Source: Azolla caroliniana (lineage: Eukaryota; Plantae; Polypodiophyta). From it: DNA of 64,000 bases. Each line of letters opens with the position of its first letter. Positions within the stretch are counted from its first letter, which is position 1. Under the pieces are notes generated by a model, which saw only the letters and a program-made list of their open reading frames with translations, was not told the DNA's origin and did no database searches. The DNA is taken from NCBI GenBank assembly GCA_043228905.1, contig JBHGNT010000004.1:4836001-4900000 (forward strand), written 5' to 3'. The translations under genes were made by a program, and so were the position numbers. Positions 26,501 through 40,200 of this stretch are shown piece after piece.

Positions 26501-28539
26501 CACATGAAAGAAATTGACTCCTAAGGAAGTTCGGAGAACCAACATTTTCCACTGACTACCATATCCTTGAAATATCTCCTCATTATTAGGTGAAGCTCAT
26601 AATTATTGTTAGTTAGACGTGTGTGTGTGTGTGTATGAGAGAGAGAGAGAGAGAGAGAGCGAGTGAGTGAGATGCTTGTGATGTGAGAATGAAAAGTATT
26701 CTAGTCTAGCAAGTATTTTGCGTCGTCACTTCGTTTGCTTTACGTGTCAAGCTTTAACTAAGGTGTGGTGTAGCTAATCAACATGCATTCAACATCAATT
26801 GTTCTAAGCCATGATATGTTATTGTCACTTCTACCTAAGAGGAGCCATTATGAACTTTGTGAATATTTCTTGGTTGTGTGATTGAACACACAAAAATATA
26901 TGTTGGGATTTTTTACTTACGTAATTCTACCTATTGTCATCTCTTGTTGAACAATCAATATCTATTAAGAAACATTAGGTCAATGTTTTGGAATAAAATT
27001 CCATTCCTTACAATCCCAAATACATTGATTGTTGATACATACACACTCTTGTGTTGAATCTTATAGAGATCCAAAGACGCTAATAGGTCTAAGATATTCT
27101 CTTAAACAAATCAATTAGATCCACAACATTTCAATTTCATTGTCACGGAAAGACAAATGCACTCTATTAGGTCCAAAATTTGTCTTACACAAATATATTA
27201 GATCTCATGCATTTTAATTTCAATGTCTTGGATTATGTGTGGATAGTTTCAACAATCATTGGTCATAAAGGGTCATAATGTGCATTCATTTTCTCTCTGT
27301 CACCGAAAACAAAGTTTCTACGATAGATACATCTTTGTTCCTTTCCTATATGACAATGCATTCTTAAAAGGTTGTCAATAAGAATGTGACACGTGCCCAA
27401 TCCCAATGTGAAATGTGAATTTAGATCAAAGTATAATTTGATTGGGGAATCTATCTAAGTATATCTTGTATAGTTCAGAAATAAGGGGATTCATTGGCAC
27501 CTAGACTTCGAGGGGTCTAGGATTTACATGCTCCTTACTCTCAATCTTTGTGGAATTGTGTTCCTTGTCATCATGTATCTCACCTTGATTAAGTCACACG
27601 AGTTTCTATCGAATTTGAAAACTTCCATCAAAAGATCTTAAATAATAAAACCCTTGGCACATGGTAGCCATATGGCTTGCAAAATACTTGCATCCATAAT
27701 GCATATTTTGGAGAAAACTCCTATTTATTTTGCCCAATATAATTGTTTAATACTTACAGAGCTAATCAAGGTTTAAGGTGTGCTTGATATGTTGTTTTAC
27801 TAGGGACCATTATGCATAATTTCTTTATAAACTCAATAACCCCATCATTATGTTTATTTTCATGAGAAACATTCATTTTATATTACTTAAAGTTGATATT
27901 TAAATAGTTAGATTCTCACAATTCAATTAGACATCCCAAAGTAGTCACACAATATTACTATGGCAAGGTCATTACATTGGATGCCAAGCAACACAACCCA
28001 TTAGTATAAAAAGGGCCACATTGATCAAAGATTGTATGTCACTCCATCATATCACCTTTTTAGTTCATATGAACATTTTAAAATAGATGTTTTAGGAAAA
28101 TTTATTGAAATTTGCCATCAAATTCTTAATAAAATCCCAAATTTTTCATTGAAATATCCAAAATGCCCTTTGAATGAGCCAACCTTTCATCTCTTTCGTA
28201 TCTTTGACATTGATATATGCATGTAGGGATATTATAAGGTCCTCAATACCATTAATGCCTATGGCAAGAAGAATATATGCAACACATGAAGCCTAGGAAA
28301 CCAATAAAGAAATACACCCTAGAGCAAGGGCAGAGTTGTTAAATCATCCACATTATACATATCTAGGTTGAAAGAGGGTAAAGGACCTTTTGTGGGTATG
28401 TGCATGTGTGTTTGAGCACATTCCATTCCAGGGGAGAGAGCGAGGTAAGTGTTAGGTTATCTCACCACAATCATGCAGTGTTTTACAATCACCATACAAT
28501 AGTTGATACCCAAAGTTCCACTAAATCAACACACACCTA

Positions 28540-29506
28540 GACGCGGGTAAGCGAGCATACTATGCATTTGAGAACACACACAATCTTGGAGATATTAAGT
28601 GTTGGGTCCTCAAGAAATATCTTTTCGACACTTTGGTGACACTGGTTTTTCTCTATGGGGTGGAAGTATGGGGCGGTAGCATCCCTAAATCTACGTGGAA
28701 AGAGTTTGAAAATGTCCAAAAACATTTTCTTACAAAGTTTCTACAAGTTAAAAAACAAACGCCCTACACCCTCCTCCTTGATCATGGCCATGGAAAGGGT
28801 TGTTGAATACATGCTTAAGGTTCAAAAAAGTCCCTCACACCGACTTCCTAGAATTGCATGGGAAGCAAGCAAAAAGATCCAAAAGATGCATAAAAGCAAA
28901 ATTTTGTGTTCCGGTTGGATGCAAGATAAAGAAAAATGATTCGGTAGATGGGATGCGAGACACTTGCTTCATGATGTATCACTAGATTCCTCTATAAATG
29001 AGGTCTTTTTGCAACGCCAATGTATCATGGCATGGGACAAATGAGGAGGCTTCGCTTCACACATTTTACTACACATGTTGCACCTAACTACAAATTAAAC
29101 CATATTATTTGCGGAATGAGGAAACTGTACACATCGATACATGTTAGAGCCCATCCTGTTATCTGCCATTCAAACCATTGCTTCCATGCGACTTAGCCGA
29201 CCACTTTGCCCTAAACAAGTTCGCGAGTATGAGTATCACACTTTGATACAATGCTCTGCCTTTGATCATATTCGACCATGCTTTCCATATCTCTTCAACC
29301 GAACCCAATCCTTGCACGAAATTCTCTCACAACCACAATGTGCACTCTCGATTGCAACATTTATTGGTAAAGTTCTTGAACGTCGAGAGTCACTACTCAC
29401 TTTCACACGTATCACGTGAAATGTAATATTTTTGGTCTCATAGGTCATATTTGACCTCCGAAGATGATAATATAATCTATCTATATATCTATCTATCTCT
29501 CTCTCT
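28540..29506 (+). mobile_element. 5'-truncated LINE remnant, copy 1 (ORF2 C-terminus, short 3' UTR, microsatellite tail)
   Basis: Frameshifted KYLFDTLV..FLYGVEVWGG..WKEFENVQKHFL, RLPRIAWEAS, and C-terminal CPKQVREYEYHTLIQCSAFDH. Ends in an (ATCT)n/(CT)n tail. Confidence 0.8.
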
Positions 29507-30330
29507 CACTTGGAAATAGGTTGAAAATGTATAAAGCATTTCTTACAAAGTTTCTACAAGACAAGACACAAACACTAATATAAACCCTCTACTTCGTGAG
29601 ATGGGATCATTTCCCATTGAGCTCATAGCCATGGAGAGGGTTGTTGAATTCATGTTTAGGATTCAAAAAACTTCTTCACACCAGCTTCCTAGAATCGCAT
29701 GGAAGGCAAACAAAAAGATCCAAAAGACACATACAAGCAAAAATTTGAGTTTCGGTATAATGGAAAAATGGTTGGAAAGATGGTATGCAACACACTTGCT
29801 TCATGATGCAGATTCAATTGATTCCTCTATGAATGAGGTATTTTGGCAATGCCAATGTATCATAACATGAGAAAAATGTGGTGGCTCACACTTCACACAT
29901 TATAAAACATATGTTGTACCTAACTACAAAACTATGTTCTTTGTTGAATGGGGAAAGCGCACACATCAATACATGTTAGAGCCCATCTTGTTGTTTGCCA
30001 TCGGAACACCGCTTTAATCTAACTTAGCATACACCCACTACAATGCAAGACAGGTGTTGGGACACAAATGATGAGAGTAATCAACTATGCACAATGTCCT
30101 AAACAAGTTCGGGAGCTTGAGGGTCATTGTTTGATACAATGCTCTGCCTTTGATCACATTAGACAATACTTTCGACACACCTTCAACCAAACAAAATCCT
30201 TGCAAGAACTTCTCTAATAGTCACAGTGTGCATTCTTGATTGCAACTTTCATTAGTAAAGTTCTTGAATGTTGAGACTCGCTGCTCACTTTCATATGTAC
30301 TACGTGACAGTGTTGTATTTTTTGTCTCAG
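29507..30330 (+). mobile_element. 5'-truncated LINE remnant, copy 2 (same family, tandem)
   Basis: Colinear with copy 1: ELIAMERVVEFM, QLPRIAWKA, CATGTTAGAGCCCATC and TTGATACAATGCTCTGCCTTTGATCA. Confidence 0.8.
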
Positions 30331-30399
30331 AAGGGGATTGAGCGTGAAGGAGAGAGAGAGAGAGAGGGGGGGGGGGGGGGGGGGGGGGGGACAAAGAAA

Positions 30400-30545
30400 G
30401 AGAGTCACACACAATTTTTTAGAGGGAATTTTTACTCTATTGTTTATTCATGCCCCATGGGTGGGGTTTATATAGGTACATGAGGTGACCGTTACAAATC
30501 AAGAATGTACAAAGAGACAAGTAGGGTACTTACATAACCCTCTCA
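30400..30545 (-). mobile_element. Possible LTR fragment
   Basis: Minus strand reads purine tract, TGTAAGTACC, TATATAAACC, then AATAAA. No second LTR or TSD seen. Confidence 0.3.
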
Positions 30546-30989
30546 CCATTTACCCACACTCTCTCATATATGTACACATGCACACAAATGTACATGTGTT
30601 CATACACATACTCATCCTCACACTCACACTCATATACATTACAAATACACAACAACCACACTATAGTCTTTCACCCTTATTCCTCCGAGTACATCTCATA
30701 TGGATAACACATGGCACGCTTGTGGGACAGTGCATTGCAAGTCGAACCCACTTGCCATGTCAAATTCTCGTTTGATTGAAACTTCATTGATCTTCTCTTT
30801 GATCGATACCCTCAACCGGAACACGCTTGACATAAACATCCCATTTGGTCAGCGCACGACAAGAACACCAAGCGTTCCGATGGGATCTACACACCAATCA
30901 ACATCTTCACTTCGGCATTATCCTTTAGGTCGTAAAATAACGGTAGTGAAGAGTTACCCCCTCAAACTTGTGTTTGTCTCATTTTCCCT

Positions 30990-30994
<5 letters not shown>

Positions 30995-31056
<62 letters not shown>
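30995..31056. repeat. (CT)n microsatellite
   Basis: Directly visible. Confidence 0.95.
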
Positions 31057-31059
<3 letters not shown>

Positions 31060-34000
31060 GTGGGTGTGTGTGTGTTATATTAATTGCATGTAAAAAGCAT
31101 TACGAGAATATTGTTGCCCTCCCTATATAGGTAGAGGGAGTTGGGCCATTCCCAAGTGCCATCAAAAGAGTTGAATCATAGGATGAAACAATCTCCACAT
31201 GTTATAACATCCTCGATTGCCATGTCCCATGCTTTTCAACTTTCAAATTTATACATTTACTACATTTCTCTACCATCAAACATGAAATCATCCAATGCCT
31301 TAAATTTTCGAACATGATTTCAAAGTTTTTCTTTGGCCCATTTTGTAATATTGACTAAAGATCATCCGATGTCTAGGCATCAAGTCACAAGAAGAAGAAG
31401 CTTACCATATTTTTATAAATATTTCAAAATAGCATGTACAATACGCATTGAACGAATCGATGTATATATGTTACAATTGAATACTACAGAAGAAGCATGT
31501 ACATGATGCACCAACCCTCGCCTCTTGAGGTTAAACCTAAAGAAAGGACCCCAATCATCATTCTCCAAATAATCACATATGATTGAAATGGCAATAGATA
31601 GTGTCGACTTAGTTGCAACATTTTCCACCACCTTATATCATACTTGTGTACATTCTATTGATTTTGTGCTTGATGAGCGCCATTAAAGTGATACCAATGA
31701 ATGATGATATAACACATTAGTATTTACCATTCACAATCTTGTACCATCCTTCCAGCACCAACCCACCCCAAGTTGATGATATGTCTTCATAGGAAATATC
31801 CTTGTAAGAATGTTATGTTTTGCAAGTCTTGCCAAATGATACCATAGTTCGGTGGATATACACAAGCATCTTTTAACGTCATCAACCATGTCTAATAGCA
31901 TTGAGATTCAATATCAACTATATTGCCCAGTTCAATAATGTTAGGAGTCTATTACTTTGGTCTATTTATTAGTAAGATACCATTGTTAAGAGTTTATTGC
32001 TAATCAATAGACCAAAGTAAAGTAAAAGAAGGAAAATAGATTGGATAGAAGAACCCATTCCACCCGACAACCCCCGAACTATGATCTAGACATAGCCAAC
32101 CTACCACCGACGTCCCATACCGCCAAATATTAGGATGACTAATACTTTGGAAGAGATCAACACGATCGTCGAGATGAAAGCCTAGCCCGCACCACCGGTG
32201 TCTAAGATAGCAGCCTTCCAACGTAATGTGCTTATGAGGGTAGATAAGCCTCATATTTATACATTTTCCTAGGCCCCTTGAATAGATGTGCCTTTCTAAA
32301 AGGGTCTCCATTCATTGGTTGCCCAAATCATGATAGTGCATGCACCTATCATTCATTCTATCCAATCACATTAGCCCCCTTTTTAACATTAGTGAACATA
32401 CCCTTCACTAATGTAAATATTAGTGACCTACCCTCACCAACGTTATGTGTACATAACAAATAACCCCCAACCCCTCTCTTTTTCTTTGCCAAGAGGGGAG
32501 AAATCATATACAATATGTTATTTTTATTTGGTCCCATAGGTCAAGCTTAGCCTCCTCGTGGTTGATAAAAAATCAACTTTTAATGTGTGTTTTTACAATT
32601 GCACCAAGTCAAACATGATTATCCCTACTTTGTGTTGGAATTCCACAAGAAATTTCTTAATTTAACAAGATGAAAATAATCATGGGTCTTGAAAATATTG
32701 TCATGCTTATTTTGATTTATAATTCACCTCAGTTCACTTGATAGAGCATTTCTAAACATTGATAATAGAGTTATACATATACGAATGGCGGAAACATTTC
32801 CCAAAGAGTGCATCATTACATAGTGTCAAGAAGAGTGAAGTAACGGGACCATTAGAGATGGCCAAGTTTTGACATTACATACCCTACAATGCCATAAAGT
32901 ATATGTTATAATCATAGTGTCAATTAAAATTTAGGATTGTTGATGTTTTTCATGTATGGTCATGACTCATTAGAGTTAATTAGTCACTCAATTGAGTAGA
33001 CCTTAACAATTGAGTCACTCAATTGAATTAGAATATGATAGGGTGTACTTAGCAAGATAATAAGTAATATACTAGTCAATTACAAGTAATGTGACAAAAA
33101 TAAATGATGTTGCAATAAGCTCCAAAAAAACTTGCCTTTCATTAGATTGCCAATGACACATATAGGTATTACCAAAGCTCAAGTACAAGGAGTGGAGGTT
33201 GTGCATTGAATGCACATTGCCTTCATATGTACATTCTTTAGATACAATATTTAATATTCTCTTACATTACTATGCCCACAAAGGTGCACGATCAAATTCT
33301 ATTCCCTAAGGTATTACTTTCTAACTAATATTATAACTAGATAAACCTAATCTCACCTTACTGTGATTCCTATTATTGTAACGACTATTGTGATATTTGC
33401 ATGTTGGTGAATAGATAACAAGGATGTGTATGACTTCATTTTTACAAATTCTTTGGCAATTTCGAAAGTCTTACATAGTGAGCATTATACAAGTTAGAAA
33501 TTGTTGGCTCATTTTGCAAACTCTTTGTGCATATTTTTTTGTTCAAGATTCTACACCAAGAAGAGTGATTTCTCTCAAGTCCACTTGAGAGAGGAATGGG
33601 ACAACCAATCTACATATATCTAACATCCAACAATGGGACACATGAAATGCTTGAGTTGAGACTCCTCATGCACACTAATGCAATCAAGATTAGACATGTA
33701 ATATAACAATTTCATCGTAATACATGTTGTAATTGACTCATTGATTATCTTTCTACGAATATCTCACTAGTACATATCATCCGTTTGTATATCACATGTT
33801 GAATGAGGGGTTACAAACTTTCTTCCTCGATTATGGTGCTCCTTTTTGTTATGTGCTTGAAAGTTGAGGGTGCAATACACATACTTGAGATATAGAAAAT
33901 CATAAGAAAGGACACTTATTAGAATCATGATGAAGAAAAGTTTACCATCCACGGGCCGACATGATGCTATCATCATACAATCTAGCCAACATTTTTAAGG

Positions 34001-36609
34001 AATAGGAAAATGATGTTCATCTTTTTCTCATAGAGTCCACAATGTCGATTTATGAGCCATATACTTTATATTCAAATGTTGCTTTTACTCAACTCACTAT
34101 TTGAAGGAAAGCAACACTTTTGTGTTTAACCTTTCTTATTTTCAAAAAGGGGTGTACAAAGTGTCAATGAGAAGGACACATAAGGTGGGAAAGCGTATTC
34201 GATTATCCAACTCTCAATGATAATGCGCAAAAGCAAATGAAGATTCAGTTAAAGGTGTCTTTACCATCATTTACAAGATTGGCCAATAGCTAAATAATAA
34301 ATATGTTGATCAAAAGTTTATGCACATGAATGTAAATCGTCACAGAAATCAACAAGCAATTCTAAGATTGAATGTAGCAATAGATCCTCGGTGAAATACT
34401 TCGTGCATAAGTTACACTCGTAAAAGGACATTTATTTGTGCAATCATGATTACATGGGTAGAAATCAACTAGAAAGGGATGTAATAGGAGCATGATGATA
34501 TTTTATGAATAGGTTTGTGTAATCCTTCAAAGAGGGATTGTCGCAGTTAAAGTGTTGCAATAACAATCACAATCTTTTTGACCAAGGGGTGTAACCTCTT
34601 TCTCATCTTTTAAAGTACACTAGCTTCAACTATGCACTATCATTTGATATTATCTACGATGAATCTGTAAAAAAGATTTTCGTTATAATTCATTTTCTTA
34701 GGTTTTCGTAAAGAAAACTCATAAGACAATTGCATTATTGCTTTTATTGGCATTCACAATATCACTCATTATGAGTCTTCTCGCACCAACAGGACTGACA
34801 CCTTTAGGAATTTTAATCATAAAAGTAGTTCCAAATCAATAGTGTTATCTTGTTGTATTCCAATGAAATTGTTAGAAATCATGGGCCTAATGTAGCGTCT
34901 ATGCAACAAAAGGATGATTGCTTTTGTAATAAGATTACTTAGTTTAAAGAAGATAAATTTGCAATGGTGTTATGGAAGCAACATATAAATAGCTTCCTAA
35001 AACACATTGTGAAAATGTAATGTCTTCAAACTTATGTATGCATTCCAATCACCATAGCTCGTGCACTTTTTATGATAAACAATTCACATCTAAGGACATT
35101 AGTTTTAACTTAATAAAATCAGGTTTTATATCGGTCAAAGAGATCTACAAAATGATTTACAAAAGGTGGGCAATAGTTCCTAATCCTACTGACCACACCT
35201 CAAAAGTGCCAATAAGGATCAAGCTCACTCAAAGTGGGCCAATAAAAAGGAACAAGTCGTCACAATCCCGTCCACCAAAACAACCTCGGCTATCACCAAG
35301 CATTAATGGATTGGCTGATCATAATAATTGTTATTAAGGGCACTATAAACCAAATGTTTGTGTCGAGAGCTTTATTTCCAAAAACTATGTCATTTCGCCC
35401 TTTGGCAGACAACCCACATATAAGAATTTTTCCAATCAACATAGAAATAATGATGAGTAGTTACAAACCACTACAGACACACGACAATGAAGTAGGGCTT
35501 TCAAAACCATTAAGTCAACGACATATTTCCCTTTCATTTCATCATTCATTTGTTTGTGTTAATAACATTCTTTTGAACATCCCCATCATTAACAAGAGGG
35601 ACTCCATGAATTCAATGGCGAATAGAATGCTTGTTAGATGACAAACCACCTCATCCTTAACAACTACAAGATTTGTATGCAGTATATAAAAAATATTATA
35701 GACTACACATTCTTAAAAAGATGTAGCTATTAAACGCAAAACCCATCTTTAAAGCACAACCTTTGTGGTGCAATATGGCAACAACTAAATAGAGAATACC
35801 AAAACATTTGCATATGTATATGGATGAAGACAAGTGATTAAAATGGGGAAATAAAATGGCATGACAATATTGGGCCAACAACATGATGAAAATGAAGCGA
35901 GGACCCTACAAACTCATTGGACTCAACTTGATTGGTGGTAAGCATTGATTGAAAGTAGAAAACAAGTCATGTGTGTGTCGACCTGGGCCAATAGGATGAT
36001 AAACTTGAACCGAGGACCCCCACACTATATTCACTTGACACATTTACCAATAACATCAAAAAATATTGTTGAAAACCATTTTGTGTTGACAATTATGTGT
36101 AGCTTTTGAAACATGCTTCCATCGTCTACATCTTGACTTTACACATTAATTGAAGTCTCCAACAAACACATCGACATGGTGCTTTCTTGGTTAAAAACAA
36201 GAACAAGAACAAGTGTGCGTTTACGTAGACAAACACATTGACGCGATGCTTTCTTAGTTTAAGAAAAAAAGAAGACGAGGTTTGTATGCGGCATGGTTGG
36301 TGCTTGCATGGTTTTTAAGGGAAAAAGAAAGGATGGCATGGCACGAGGTGCATCAGGGATGCGCTTATTGTTCATGTCCGAATTCAAACTGAGTTGTTCA
36401 TCAGGGTACAGAGGCACGGGTACGGGAGACATGGACGAGGTTGCACAGAGTGCAAGGAAGGCCCGACAATGCGTGTGGTTGGGTAAGTGGGCGGACAAAT
36501 GGAGCACCAAATAGTTGGTTGCGTGTGTGTTTTGGTGTGCGGGACAAGATGGGTGGTGGTGTGGATCTAATAAAGAGGGTTGGACATTTTAGGGAGAGTG
36601 AGAGAAATG

Positions 36610-36706
36610 GTGAAACTGCAAATGGCTCATTATACCTGGTTGATCCTGCCAGTAGTCATATTGCTTGTCTCAAAGATCGAAGATTAAGCCATGCATGTGT
36701 AAGTAT

Positions 36707-36709
<3 letters not shown>
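36610..36709 (+). pseudogene. Rearranged 18S rRNA 5'-end fragment (non-functional)
   Basis: TACCTGGTTGATCCTGCCAGTAGTCATA..GCTTGTCTCAAAGAT..TAAGCCATGCATGTGTAAGTATAAA (36633-36709) is the universal 18S 5' end. It is preceded by GTGAAACTGCAAATGGCTCATTA (36610-36632), which normally lies downstream. Confidence 0.92.
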
Positions 36710-36748
<39 letters not shown>

Positions 36749-37146
36749 GCATTCTCTCTCTATATATGTATAGATATATTTGGTGTCCTTTTTTATGTTT
36801 GTTTTCTTTTTATCTTTATTTATCTCAAAGTTTAATTTAATTTTCTCCATCTCTCACATATTTTGACTAAGGCTTTGACTGAGGGGACCGGAAGTCCATT
36901 ATTATATTTAGTATTTATTATTATTTAGGGCAAGTTGGAGAAGGGAAGGGGCCCCGACAAGACCCCACCCCAACGTCATCATTTTTCATTAATAATCGTG
37001 TTTTTTTCTTTTTAATTTTTTTATTCTTCCAATTTTATTTTATTTTAATTTTTGCTTTCTTCTCTTCTGTACTCTTCTTTTTTTGGGGTTTTTTTCTTTT
37101 TCTTTTTTGTTCTTATGGTTGGTGTTTCCACTAGTGCCCACTCGAG

Positions 37147-37173
37147 GAGACAAATCCTACGTGTCATTCCACG

Positions 37174-37177
<4 letters not shown>
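37147..37177. promoter_or_regulatory. Distal ABRE/G-box pair with adjacent AuxRE-like hexamer
   Basis: GAGACA (37147-37152), ACGTGTC (37159-37165) and CCACGTGGC (37169-37177), next to a (CT)n tract. Function is inferred only. Confidence 0.4.
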
Positions 37178-37228
<51 letters not shown>

Positions 37229-40200
37229 CACACACCCAAAAAACATAAACCCTATCAAAGGGTTAATGAAGGCTTTCCTTCAATGTTTAGAACTCTCATT
37301 TATTATGTATTCAGCTCACTTTTCATTCTTCCTTCCTCTCTTTCTTCTTCTCATTCTTTAATGGCTCCCAAAATTTTGACTAGCTCATTGAACCTCACGA
37401 ATGTCACTTAAATTATGAGTGTGATGTAGTTCACCCAACCGGAAAGTACTTGGTATCTTGTTGTTCGAACGACCACCATTTCACATCTTGTTATCTACTC
37501 GATTACGACAAGTTCGTACGCATGGCCCCGCCCCTAGCATCGAGCGATTTAGAAGCCACTCACATACTTGCCATGTTTAGTTAGACCAATTAATGTTTTG
37601 TCCACTCCTTGCATGGCTATTACTAGAGCTAAAACACGTACCGATGCTTAGTTAAGAGGAGAAAACACATTCCGTGACACATATAATTCGAAAACGATCA
37701 CTATGTCGTCTTCCAATGAAGTAAAGTAGAGAAACTTAATTTGTGCAATTGATGGTAGCTTTAAATTGAACAGGTCTCCTTGTCATAATTAAATCGTATA
37801 TGTTATCGAAAGCAAAAAAGAAGCGGGGTAAAGTGTACCATCGTCACGTTGCCCCTATTTGACCCCATAAAGTAATGTATGGTCCTTGATGATTATTACG
37901 TGTATATGAGAACTTCTTCTTAATAATTCCCATCAAACACCAACATACGATAAGGGCCTCTCATCCACATCAAGGTCCTTATTCGTATAACATATTATAT
38001 ATCATCTATCATGAAAGCTCTTCATCAAATAAATTTGCAAATCCAACATGGGAAATGCTGGAAGTCAATGATTGTATGCGGGCTTTTGTTTGATATTAAA
38101 ATGTCTGTTGTGCCTCTGTCACCACACCATATATGTATCTTCTAGTTGTAATGATTAGTCCAACCACAAGCAATGATGTATCACTCATGACAAACCCCTT
38201 TTTTTCCAAAAACAAATTGAAGTCGACTTTAAAGGAAAATAAAAGCATTGCTCTTCCTTGAGGGTTTTTACATAACTCCTTCGATATGTACTGTTTCGCC
38301 ACATTACCTTACCTTTTTGTATAAAAAAATTTCAACTTTGAAACTAACGACATCACTTCACTCTCTCTCACTTATAAAACTATGTTGTACTAGGGATACA
38401 TACTAGAATCATCATAGCTCATCTTTGAGATGATGATCTTTTGCCCCTTTTCCTAGAACTCTTTTCCATCGTTTTCTCGAGTTCAACTTTATTTGCTTCA
38501 CGCGTTTACATCATCATTTGGGTATCATGCTTTGTATTGATTTGTTTACATTTCTAATGATTTTCTTTCACGAAGTATAGTTGACACGCGAGCATATTTC
38601 ATTTTGCATTCTTTCTCTTTGGGATATAATCGAATTAAATGTATCTTTATCCCTATTAGCGATATATCTTACGTGTTGAATTATATTCGAAAGTAAGTTG
38701 AAAATCAAAGCGAAATGGCAATTGTAAACCACCTAAAAGCTAATTGAATATCAAACACAAATGGTTATTGTAACCCACCTAGAGCTAGTGAATGTGTATT
38801 GTAACCAACCTTGGTCATTACCAAAGTTGGTGATTTAAGCCCTTCATAGCACACACATTTATACGTTTTCACTTTGTTTTCATCGATAAAATTCCTCTCG
38901 GAAAAATCATGCACATTGAGTTAGTATAGGTTCAATCAACTACGCCTTACATAGTTACATTCACACAGGTTTAGGGTGTAAGGATACGAGCTTAAGAAAG
39001 ATTGAGTTTATTTTGTTGTAGAGCTCAAATATTGCATGTTTTGCCCAACTTCATGCTTGGTAGGTATACACGCACATGAATACTTGGGAGAGATAACATC
39101 CTGTTTAGTCATATTAGCTTTGACGTATCAACCATGATCATTCTAAAATGTCTTTTCTTTCAAAATAGTTATGTCTCAAAATAACTATTAATTAAAAATA
39201 TGATGAAGAATAATTAGGGAAGTGGATCATTTCTTTCCTCATATCCACTTAAAATGGTTTTGGACGGGGCGCAATAAGTAGTATATTTAAAATACATATT
39301 TGACATGCTTCTTTTGCATATAGGCTGCAATTCAAAGGTTGGCATTTACATAACAAATAGAATAAGGGCTTGTGTTTATTCATGGGAATCGGGTTTACAA
39401 ACATGTCTTGAACACACATGATATGGAGGGTATATATTGCAGTGAGTTCCCAAATAAAAAGGCTAGAAATGCCACGGTCGTGGATTTTTTTTTCTTCACA
39501 TAAAACTTATCAGTGTCTTACAAGGATTTATACAGTACATGATGTGCTAGCATATCTTTAGCAAAGTGTTGGTGATACAATTCAAGATATGCCCCACGTC
39601 TAATCAATAACCAATCACCTATTTTAATTGATATTCTTTAGTCCAAAATGGACTACAAAACAAACTATCTAAAGTTAGAGAAACACGTGTCTTATGAGAA
39701 GAGCTAAAAAGAATGGCTCAAGCTTTCATCTCATACATAACAATGATCCAATTATCTCAATTAATGTGCATGTGAATTCTGTTTTTTGGTACATAACGAT
39801 ACGTGCCCAAAATGGGTGCTCATCAAGAGATCACATGGCACCAAGTTTCTGCTGCATATTTAATATACTCATACAAAACTAGGGCCTCACTACAAATTTG
39901 GTAGTTGAGTTTGAAGCATGTTGTGGAAAAGGCCAAAATGTGATGCATTTCATTTTATAAATGGTGATCGTTTACATCGCATCCTGTTATTGAGCATGTA
40001 GAATTATCACCCCGTTTGATAAAACATAAGTCAAGCACCGCCTACCATTTATTAAAGACACACTACATCTATCTCATAGCTTGTGAAGGTTCGTTGATGT
40101 TGTCGAAACATACTTTTCATATGATAAGGATTCACTCTAAAAGCAAAGTAAGGTGTGAAGGCTAACCAAATATGATACTAGAATGGAACCCTCGCCAATT

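Noticed and set aside
33700-35900. Possible decayed coding region
   Set aside because: Frames are stop-rich and no motif could be assigned by eye.
35960-36065. Minus-strand SINE-like head (GGTTCAAGT); similar ones near 22920-23010 and 51170-51250
   Set aside because: A boxes are weak, with no tails or TSDs. Not supportable without a copy search.
36610-36709. Functional 18S rRNA gene / rDNA unit
   Set aside because: Only about 100 bp, rearranged, with insertions.
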